From: Escherichia coli
GTDB taxonomy: Bacteria > Pseudomonadota > Gammaproteobacteria > Enterobacterales > Enterobacteriaceae
Assembly (NCBI RefSeq): GCF_002854065.1
Contig: NZ_CP024147.1
Length of the DNA stretch: 64,000 bases
Reading direction: 5' to 3' (one strand)
Under the pieces are notes generated by a model. The model did not search any database. It had not been told where the DNA came from and was given only the letters and a program-made list of their open reading frames with translations. Positions 56,567 through 64,000 of the stretch are shown here, piece by piece. The position numbers and the translations under genes were made by a program. Within the stretch, counting starts at the first letter, position 1; the number at the start of each line of letters is the position of its first letter.

Positions 56567-56908
56567 ATGCGAATATTTGTCTACGGCAGTTTACGCCACA
56601 AACAAGGCAACAGTCACTGGATGACCAATGCCCAGTTACTGGGCGATTTCAGTATCGATAACTACCAGTTGTATAGCCTGGGCCACTATCCAGGCGCAGT
56701 TCCGGGGAACGGAACAGTACACGGTGAAGTTTATCGTATTGACAACGCCACGCTGGCCGAACTTGATGCCTTGCGCACCAGGGGCGGTGAATACGCGCGC
56801 CAGTTGATTCAGACGCCGTACGGGAGTGCATGGATGTACGTTTATCAACGACCCGTCGATGGATTAAAGCTAATTGAAAGCGGCGACTGGTTAGACAGGG
56901 ATAAGTAA
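56567..56908 (+). CDS. ytfP: Gamma-glutamylcyclotransferase-like protein YtfP
   Basis: 113-aa ORF MRIFVYGSLRHKQGNSHWM (YGSL motif). Confidence 0.93.
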   Translation: MRIFVYGSLRHKQGNSHWMTNAQLLGDFSIDNYQLYSLGHYPGAVPGNGTVHGEVYRIDNATLAELDALRTRGGEYARQLIQTPYGSAWMYVYQRPVDGLKLIESGDWLDRDK

Positions 56909-56916
56909 TAATAAAA

Positions 56917-56947
56917 GCACGCCACCTTCGGGTGGCGTTGTTTTATG
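56917..56947 (+). terminator. Rho-independent terminator after tamA-tamB-ytfP
   Basis: GCCACC-TTCG-GGTGGC hairpin followed by GTTGTTTTAT. Confidence 0.7.
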
Positions 56948-57287
56948 CGATGTATCTCGCGATTTTTTTTTGTAACTTTTCCATCTTTTGCTTTTCTCTC
57001 CGAGCCGCTTTCCATATCTGCAATCGCATAAAAAACTCTGCTGGCGTTCACAAATGTGCAGGGGTAAAACGGGGGCACGCTTTGAACGGTGAGTATGAGT
57101 GAGGTCGGCTAACTTCCAGCAAGTGGCTATGAACAGCAAAATGGTGGTCGGGTTTGCTTGTTCTTACCGTTCAAGCCTTGCAACCGCTGAGAATAATGAT
57201 GGTGGAATAGAGAGTTTATTTATCGCGGGCATAAAAAAACCCTTACTAACCGAAGCCCGGCGTTCAGGGTTATTGCGCTAGAAGAAC

Positions 57288-57818
57288 TTATTTATTCTTT
57301 GCGCGCTCGAAGGAAGCAACGATTTCAGCTTTAGCGGCTTCTGCGTTTTCCCAACCTTCAACTTTCACCCACTTGCCTTTTTCGAGGTCTTTGTAGTGCT
57401 CGAAGAAGTGAGCGATCTGCGCTTTCAGCAGCTCTGGCAGATCGTTAACGTCTTTAATGTGATCGTATTCTTTGCTCAGCTTTGTGTGCGGAACAGCAAT
57501 CAGTTTCGCATCTTCACCGGCTTCGTCGGTCATTTTCAGAACGCCAACCGGACGGCAACGGATCACAGAACCCGGCTGCAGCGGGTACGGAGTCGGGACC
57601 AGTACGTCAACCGGGTCACCGTCCAGAGACAGGGTGTGGTTGATGTAACCGTAGTTGCACGGATAGAACATCGCGGTGGACATGAAGCGGTCAACGAACA
57701 GTGCGCCGCTCTCTTTGTCGATTTCGTATTTGATCGGATCTGCGTTAGCCGGGATCTCAATAACAACGTAGATGTCTTCCGGCAGATCTTTACCCGCAGG
57801 GACGTTGAGTAAGCTCAT
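57288..57818 (-). CDS. ppa: Inorganic pyrophosphatase
   Basis: 176-aa [48 protein letters not shown]. Confidence 0.98.
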   Translation of the reverse strand: MSLLNVPAGKDLPEDIYVVIEIPANADPIKYEIDKESGALFVDRFMSTAMFYPCNYGYINHTLSLDGDPVDVLVPTPYPLQPGSVIRCRPVGVLKMTDEAGEDAKLIAVPHTKLSKEYDHIKDVNDLPELLKAQIAHFFEHYKDLEKGKWVKVEGWENAEAAKAEIVASFERAKNK

Positions 57819-58127
57819 GTCTGTTTCCTTTAAAAATATGTGGCAAACAAGTGCCGAGTATTATAGCCAACTCGCGCCGAATGTCTTCGCTTGTTTTCGT
57901 CTTCATTTTCCTTTTTCGCCAATTTTAAGACGGTATACAGAGCAGGAAAATCCATAACCGTAGCCGCATTTTTCATAGTGAGATGAAAGCGATTACAAAC
58001 TTGTGATTAACGTTTTATTTACTTCTTTGAAGTGTGATGTAACGCAATCCGTTACATAACGAATTGTCTATAGTTTTTTCGCGAACATCTTTTCACCAAT
58101 AATAATTACCCCGACGAGGACAACCCT

Positions 58128-59084
58128 ATGTGGAAACGCTTACTTGTAGTCTCTGCAGTCTCGGCAGCCATGTCGTCTATGGCGTTGGCCGCTCCATTAA
58201 CCGTAGGATTTTCGCAGGTCGGATCGGAATCTGGCTGGCGCGCCGCAGAAACCAATGTGGCGAAAAGTGAGGCCGAAAAACGCGGAATTACGCTGAAAAT
58301 TGCCGATGGTCAGCAAAAGCAGGAAAACCAGATTAAAGCGGTACGTTCCTTCGTCGCGCAAGGGGTGGATGCGATCTTTATCGCTCCGGTGGTTGCGACT
58401 GGTTGGGAACCGGTATTAAAAGAGGCGAAAGATGCCGAAATCCCGGTCTTCTTGCTCGATCGTTCTATTGATGTGAAAGACAAATCTCTCTATATGACCA
58501 CCGTCACTGCCGACAACATTCTCGAAGGCAAGTTGATTGGTGACTGGCTGGTAAAAGAAGTGAATGGCAAACCATGCAACGTGGTGGAGCTGCAGGGCAC
58601 TGTTGGGGCCAGCGTCGCCATTGACCGTAAGAAAGGCTTTGCCGAAGCCATTAAGAATGCGCCAAATATCAAAATTATCCGCTCGCAGTCAGGTGACTTC
58701 ACCCGCAGTAAAGGCAAAGAAGTCATGGAGAGCTTTATCAAAGCGGAAAACAACGGCAAAAACATCTGCATGGTTTACGCCCATAACGACGACATGGTGA
58801 TTGGTGCAATTCAGGCAATTAAAGAAGCGGGCCTGAAACCGGGCAAAGATATTCTGACAGGTTCTATCGACGGCGTACCGGATATCTACAAAGCGATGAT
58901 TGATGGCGAAGCGAACGCCAGTGTTGAACTGACGCCGAATATGGCAGGTCCCGCCTTCGACGCGCTGGAGAAATACAAAAAAGACGGCACCATGCCTGAA
59001 AAGCTGACGCTGACCAAATCCACCCTTTATCTGCCTGATACCGCAAAAGAAGAGTTAGAGAAGAAGAAAAATATGGGGTATTGA
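58128..59084 (+). CDS. ytfQ: Galactofuranose ABC transporter periplasmic binding protein YtfQ
   Basis: 318-aa ORF with signal peptide MWKRLLVVSAVSAAMSSMALAAP. Confidence 0.95.
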   Translation: MWKRLLVVSAVSAAMSSMALAAPLTVGFSQVGSESGWRAAETNVAKSEAEKRGITLKIADGQQKQENQIKAVRSFVAQGVDAIFIAPVVATGWEPVLKEAKDAEIPVFLLDRSIDVKDKSLYMTTVTADNILEGKLIGDWLVKEVNGKPCNVVELQGTVGASVAIDRKKGFAEAIKNAPNIKIIRSQSGDFTRSKGKEVMESFIKAENNGKNICMVYAHNDDMVIGAIQAIKEAGLKPGKDILTGSIDGVPDIYKAMIDGEANASVELTPNMAGPAFDALEKYKKDGTMPEKLTLTKSTLYLPDTAKEELEKKKNMGY

Positions 59085-59092
59085 GGGTTGCT

Positions 59093-59200
59093 ATGCCTGA
59101 TGCCGATTCGTAGGCCGGATAAGGCGCTCGCGCCGCATCCGGCGGTGGTGCGCTGAAGCCTGATGCGACGCTTACCGCGTCTTATCATGCCTACTGGGAG
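59093..59200. repeat. REP/BIME palindromic elements
   Basis: GCCTGATGCCGATTCGTAGGCCGGATAAGGCGCTCGCGCCGCATCCGGCGG ... GCCTGATGCGACGCTTACCGCGTCTTATCATGCCTAC. Confidence 0.8.
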
Positions 59201-59223
59201 CACGCTTTACACCGGGGGAAACC

Positions 59224-60726
59224 ATGACGACTAACCAACACCAGGAGATCCTCCGCACCGAAGGATTAAGTAAATTTTTCCCCGGCGTCAAAGCGTTAGA
59301 CAACGTTGATTTCAGCCTGCGCCGCGGCGAAATCATGGCGCTGCTCGGTGAAAACGGGGCAGGAAAATCAACGCTAATCAAAGCATTAACTGGTGTATAC
59401 CACGCCGATCGCGGCACCATCTGGCTGGAAGGCCAGGCTATCTCACCGAAAAATACCGCCCATGCACAACAACTCGGTATCGGCACCGTCTATCAGGAAG
59501 TAAACCTGCTACCCAATATGTCGGTCGCTGATAATCTATTTATAGGCCGCGAACCCAAACGCTTCGGCCTTCTACGCCGCAAAGAGATGGAAAAGCGCGC
59601 CACCGAACTGATGGCATCTTACGGTTTCTCCCTCGACGTGCGCGAACCGCTCAACCGCTTTTCAGTCGCGATGCAGCAAATCGTCGCTATTTGCCGGGCT
59701 ATCGATCTCTCTGCCAAAGTGCTGATCCTCGATGAACCCACCGCCAGTCTCGACACCCAGGAAGTGGAGTTACTGTTTGACCTGATGCGTCAGTTGCGCG
59801 ATCGCGGCGTCAGCCTGATTTTTGTCACTCACTTTCTCGATCAGGTCTATCAGGTCAGCGATCGGATCACCGTCTTACGCAACGGCAGTTTCGTAGGCTG
59901 TCGGGAAACGTGCGAGCTACCGCAGATCGAACTGGTAAAAATGATGCTGGGGCGCGAGCTGGATACCCACGCGCTACAGCGTGCCGGGCGAACATTGTTG
60001 AGCGACAAACCCGTTGCCGCGTTCAAAAATTACGGCAAAAAAGGAACGATCGCACCGTTTGATCTCGAAGTACGCCCCGGCGAGATCGTCGGTCTGGCTG
60101 GATTGCTGGGATCAGGACGTACCGAAACCGCCGAAGTGATCTTCGGTATCAAACCTGCTGACAGCGGCACGGCGTTGATCAAAGGCAAACCGCAAAACCT
60201 GCGATCGCCACATCAGGCTTCGGTACTGGGCATTGGCTTCTGCCCGGAAGACAGGAAAACCGATGGCATCATCGCTGCCGCCTCGGTGCGGGAAAATATC
60301 ATCCTCGCTCTCCAGGCCCAGCGCGGCTGGCTACGTCCCATTTCCCGCAAAGAACAGCAAGAGATTGCCGAACGCTTTATCCGCCAGCTTGGCATTCGCA
60401 CACCTTCAACTGAACAACCGATTGAATTTCTCTCTGGCGGCAATCAGCAAAAAGTGTTGCTTTCACGTTGGCTACTGACCCGACCGCAATTTCTGATCCT
60501 TGATGAGCCAACTCGCGGCATTGATGTTGGTGCCCACGCCGAGATCATCCGCCTGATTGAAACGCTATGCGCCGATGGTCTGGCGCTGCTGGTGATCTCC
60601 TCCGAACTGGAAGAACTGGTGGGCTATGCCGACCGGGTGATCATCATGCGCGATCGCAAACAGGTGGCGGAGATCCCGCTGGCAGAGCTTTCCGTTCCGG
60701 CGATCATGAACGCCATTGCGGCGTAA
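59224..60726 (+). CDS. ytfR: Galactofuranose ABC transporter ATP-binding protein YtfR (two fused ABC domains)
   Basis: 500-aa ORF; two Walker A sites (GENGAGKST, GLLGSGRTE) and two signature motifs. Confidence 0.95.
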   Translation: MTTNQHQEILRTEGLSKFFPGVKALDNVDFSLRRGEIMALLGENGAGKSTLIKALTGVYHADRGTIWLEGQAISPKNTAHAQQLGIGTVYQEVNLLPNMSVADNLFIGREPKRFGLLRRKEMEKRATELMASYGFSLDVREPLNRFSVAMQQIVAICRAIDLSAKVLILDEPTASLDTQEVELLFDLMRQLRDRGVSLIFVTHFLDQVYQVSDRITVLRNGSFVGCRETCELPQIELVKMMLGRELDTHALQRAGRTLLSDKPVAAFKNYGKKGTIAPFDLEVRPGEIVGLAGLLGSGRTETAEVIFGIKPADSGTALIKGKPQNLRSPHQASVLGIGFCPEDRKTDGIIAAASVRENIILALQAQRGWLRPISRKEQQEIAERFIRQLGIRTPSTEQPIEFLSGGNQQKVLLSRWLLTRPQFLILDEPTRGIDVGAHAEIIRLIETLCADGLALLVISSELEELVGYADRVIIMRDRKQVAEIPLAELSVPAIMNAIAA

Positions 60727-60736
60727 GGAGAACAGT

Positions 60737-61762
60737 GTGATGCCTCAATCTCTCCCGGACACTACGCCGCCGAAAAGGCGCTTTCGCTGGCCAACGGGAA
60801 TGCCGCAGCTGGCGGCACTGTTGCTGGTGCTGCTGGTCGATAGCCTGGTGGCCCCGCATTTCTGGCAGGTGGTGCTCCAGGATGGGCGTTTATTCGGTAG
60901 CCCCATAGACATTCTTAACCGTGCGGCCCCCGTTGCGCTGTTGGCTATCGGAATGACGCTGGTGATCGCAACAGGTGGGATTGATCTCTCCGTGGGGGCG
61001 GTGATGGCTATCGCCGGAGCCACAACGGCTGCGATGACGGTCGCGGGATTCAGCCTGCCGATTGTTTTGTTAAGCGCCCTGGGCACTGGCATCCTGGCGG
61101 GATTGTGGAACGGCATACTGGTAGCGATCCTCAAAATTCAGCCGTTTGTTGCCACCCTGATCCTGATGGTCGCCGGGCGCGGCGTGGCGCAACTGATCAC
61201 CTCCGGACAGATCGTCACGTTTAACTCGCCGGATCTCTCATGGTTTGGCAGTGGATCGCTGTTGTTCCTGCCAACGCCGGTCATTATCGCGGTGCTGACG
61301 CTTATCCTGTTCTGGCTGTTGACCCGCAAAACGGCGCTGGGGATGTTTATCGAAGCCGTTGGTATCAACATTCGGGCGGCAAAAAATGCCGGGGTAAACA
61401 CGCGGATCATCGTCATGCTTACCTACGTGTTGAGCGGGCTGTGTGCGGCGATTGCGGGCATTATCGTGGCGGCGGATATTCGCGGTGCCGATGCCAATAA
61501 CGCCGGGTTATGGCTGGAGCTGGACGCCATTCTCGCGGTGGTTATTGGCGGCGGATCGCTGATGGGCGGACGTTTTAACCTACTGCTTTCGGTGGTGGGG
61601 GCGCTGATTATTCAGGGGATGAACACCGGAATTTTGCTTTCGGGCTTTCCGCCAGAGATGAACCAGGTTGTAAAAGCGGTGGTGGTTCTTTGCGTGCTGA
61701 TTGTCCAGTCGCAACGCTTTATCAGTCTGATTAAAGGAGTACGTAGCCGTGATAAAACGTAA
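60737..61762 (+). CDS. ytfT: Galactofuranose ABC transporter permease YtfT
   Basis: Track ORF 60716..61762; likely start GTG/ATG at 60737-60742 (MMPQSLPDTTPPKRRFRW); ~341 aa. Confidence 0.92.
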   Translation: MMPQSLPDTTPPKRRFRWPTGMPQLAALLLVLLVDSLVAPHFWQVVLQDGRLFGSPIDILNRAAPVALLAIGMTLVIATGGIDLSVGAVMAIAGATTAAMTVAGFSLPIVLLSALGTGILAGLWNGILVAILKIQPFVATLILMVAGRGVAQLITSGQIVTFNSPDLSWFGSGSLLFLPTPVIIAVLTLILFWLLTRKTALGMFIEAVGINIRAAKNAGVNTRIIVMLTYVLSGLCAAIAGIIVAADIRGADANNAGLWLELDAILAVVIGGGSLMGGRFNLLLSVVGALIIQGMNTGILLSGFPPEMNQVVKAVVVLCVLIVQSQRFISLIKGVRSRDKT

Positions 61763-62744
61763 TTTGCCACTGATGATCACCATCGGCGTCTTTGTGTTGG
61801 GTTATCTTTACTGCCTGACCCAGTTTCCCGGTTTTGCTTCCACAAGAGTGATCTGCAATATCCTGACCGATAACGCCTTTCTTGGGATCATTGCCGTTGG
61901 CATGACCTTTGTGATCCTCTCCGGTGGGATCGATCTCTCCGTCGGTTCGGTGATCGCCTTTACTGGCGTGTTTCTGGCAAAAGTGATTGGCGATTTCGGC
62001 CTCTCGCCGCTACTGGCGTTTCCGCTAGTGCTGGTGATGGGCTGTGCCTTCGGCGCATTTATGGGGCTTTTGATCGACGCCCTGAAGATCCCGGCATTTA
62101 TCATTACCCTGGCGGGGATGTTCTTTTTGCGCGGTGTCAGCTATCTCGTTTCGGAAGAGTCGATTCCGATAAACCATCCCATTTATGACACGCTCTCAAG
62201 CCTTGCGTGGAAAATCCCTGGCGGCGGTCGCTTAAGTGCGATGGGACTGCTGATGCTGGCGGTGGTGGTTATCGGCATATTCCTCGCGCATCGTACCCGT
62301 TTTGGTAATCAGGTATACGCCATTGGCGGCAACGCAACGTCGGCAAACCTGATGGGGATTTCTACCCGCAGCACCACTATTCGCATTTATATGCTCTCCA
62401 CCGGACTGGCAACGCTGGCGGGGATTGTCTTCTCGATTTATACCCAGGCCGGATATGCGCTGGCGGGCGTAGGTGTGGAACTGGATGCTATCGCCTCAGT
62501 GGTAATTGGCGGTACGCTTTTGAGCGGTGGCGTTGGAACGGTATTAGGGACGCTTTTTGGCGTGGCGATTCAGGGGCTAATTCAGACTTATATCAACTTT
62601 GACGGTACGCTGAGTTCCTGGTGGACGAAAATCGCCATCGGCATTTTGCTGTTCATTTTTATTGCCTTACAGCGTGGATTAACGGTGCTGTGGGAGAATC
62701 GTCAGAGTTCGCCAGTGACAAGAGTCAATATTGCGCAGCGATAA
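61749..62744 (+). CDS. yjfF: Galactofuranose ABC transporter permease YjfF
   Basis: 331-aa ORF MIKRNLPLMITIGVFVLGYLYCLTQFPGFAS, overlapping ytfT 3' end by 14 nt. Confidence 0.95.
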   Translation: MIKRNLPLMITIGVFVLGYLYCLTQFPGFASTRVICNILTDNAFLGIIAVGMTFVILSGGIDLSVGSVIAFTGVFLAKVIGDFGLSPLLAFPLVLVMGCAFGAFMGLLIDALKIPAFIITLAGMFFLRGVSYLVSEESIPINHPIYDTLSSLAWKIPGGGRLSAMGLLMLAVVVIGIFLAHRTRFGNQVYAIGGNATSANLMGISTRSTTIRIYMLSTGLATLAGIVFSIYTQAGYALAGVGVELDAIASVVIGGTLLSGGVGTVLGTLFGVAIQGLIQTYINFDGTLSSWWTKIAIGILLFIFIALQRGLTVLWENRQSSPVTRVNIAQR

Positions 62745-62776
62745 AAACGCCTCTCCGTGTGGAGAGGCGCAGGAGA

Positions 62777-63775
62777 TTACGCGTCCGGGAATTCACGGAT
62801 AAAGCGTTCGACATCTTCAACCATATGGTCGTTGCCGACAAAGAACGAACGGCGCTGGTGCAGAGTTTCCGGGATGATATCCAGAATACGCTCTTTGCCA
62901 TCGCTCGCTTTACCGCCCGCTTGTTCCGCCAGGAATGCCATCGGGTTGCACTCATACAGCAAACGCAGTTTGCCGTCCGGGTGGCTGGCGGTGCTTGGGT
63001 AGAGATAAATACCGCCTTTCAGCAGGTTACGGTGGAAATCCGCGACCAGTGAACCGATATAACGTGAGGTATACGGGCGGTTGGTGGATTTATCTTCTTC
63101 CTGGCAGAATTTAATGTACTTCTTCACCCCGTTCGGAAACTTAATGTAGTTTCCTTCGTTGATGGAGTAGGTTTTGCCTTTCTCCGGGAAGCGCATCCGT
63201 TCCTGGCACAGGCAGAAAACGCCCAGCGAAGGATCGTAAGTAAAGGCGTGAACACCGCATCCGGTGGTGTAAACCAGCATGGTAGAGGAGCCGTATACCA
63301 CGTAACCTGCCGCAACCTGTTTGTTACCAGGCTGGAGGAAATCTTCTTCCGTTACCGGCGTGCCAACAGGCGTAACGCGGCGGTAGATGGAGAAAATGGT
63401 ACCGACAGAGACGTTAACATCGATGTTGGACGAGCCATCCAGGGGGTCCATCAGCACCACGTATTTTGCGTGTTCACAGCCTTCAAAGACGACAATCTCA
63501 TCTTCTTCTTCAGAGGCAATGCCCGCAACGATATCGCGTGCTTTCAGTGCGGCTTTCAGTTTTTCATTAGCGAACAAGTCGAGTTTCTGCTGAACCTCGC
63601 CCTGCACGTTCTCAGCACCGCTGGCACCCAGGATATCAACCAGTCCTGCTTTGTTGATATCGCGATGGATAATCTTGGCGCCCAGTTTTATTGCCGACAG
63701 CAAAGCAGTGAGCTCACCGGTAGCATGAGAAAACTCGTGCTGCTTTTCGACAATAAATTCACCTAACGTTTTCAT
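62777..63775 (-). CDS. fbp: Fructose-1,6-bisphosphatase class 1
   Basis: Track ORF 62777..63958; start [26 protein letters not shown]; 332 aa. Confidence 0.97.
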
Positions 63776-63950
63776 AAAACTTTCCCTGCAATGTTTATGG
63801 AGTAAAGCGACCGCAACAATCTTAACAAATAATCTCAATGTTGCGCTCAGGTGAATCGCGCCAGCAAATTGCGGATTATCCTGAAATGCGTTTCTCACTT
63901 GCCCGACATATGCGTAAAATGAGCGGCAGATTAAAAAAGGATAGTGACGT

Positions 63951-64000
63951 ATGCGCATTCATATTTTAGGAATTTGTGGCACATTTATGGGCGGTCTGGC
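63951..64000 (+). CDS. mpl: UDP-N-acetylmuramate:L-alanyl-gamma-D-glutamyl-meso-diaminopimelate ligase Mpl; first 16 codons only, continues beyond window
   Basis: ATG at 63951 followed by [17 protein letters not shown] (Mur-ligase N-terminal nucleotide-binding loop); divergent from fbp. Confidence 0.8.

Noticed and set aside
56845-57281. Short ORFs (60-82 aa) in the ytfP-ppa intergenic region as possible toxin-antitoxin or small-protein genes
   Set aside because: They overlap one another and the terminator hairpins, lack RBS-like sequences and show no resemblance to ChpS/ChpB or other TA proteins.

Overview
This window reads as a ~64-kb stretch of Escherichia coli / Shigella-type core chromosome (the region around 95 min on the K-12 map), almost entirely syntenic with K-12. 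I found no CRISPR array, no prophage or integrase, and no clearly novel multi-gene system; the best candidates for a second look are listed in the findings. Gene order, left to right: rsgA (partial), orn, glyVXY tRNA-Gly triplet, datA DnaA-box region, queG, nnr, tsaE, amiB, mutL, miaA, hfq, hflXKC, yjeT, purA, nsrR, rnr, rlmB, yjfIJKLM-yjfC, aidB, yjfN, bsmA, yjfP, ulaR, ulaG, ulaABCDEF, yjfY, rpsF-priB-rpsR-rplI, an ExuT-like MFS transporter, IS1, ytfB, fklB, cycA, ytfE, ytfF, qorB, ytfH, cpdB, cysQ, ytfJ, ytfK, ytfL, msrA, tamAB-ytfP, ppa, ytfQRT-yjfF, fbp and the start of mpl. Calls rest on the supplied ORF track plus recognition of the translated proteins; K-12 comparisons are from memory, not from a search. 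Departures from the K-12 layout: (1) a complete IS1 with no target-site duplication, lying between ytfB and an MFS transporter gene that K-12 does not carry here; (2) a 1-nt deletion that frameshifts ulaC; (3) a perfect 20-bp tandem duplication that frameshifts cpdB; (4) no chpSB module between ytfP and ppa and no ytfI between cysQ and ytfJ. Together these suggest a non-K-12 lineage with some IS-associated gene decay. The least characterised conserved unit is the yjfI-yjfJ-yjfK-yjfL-yjfM-yjfC cluster (PspA-like protein plus ATP-grasp enzyme).
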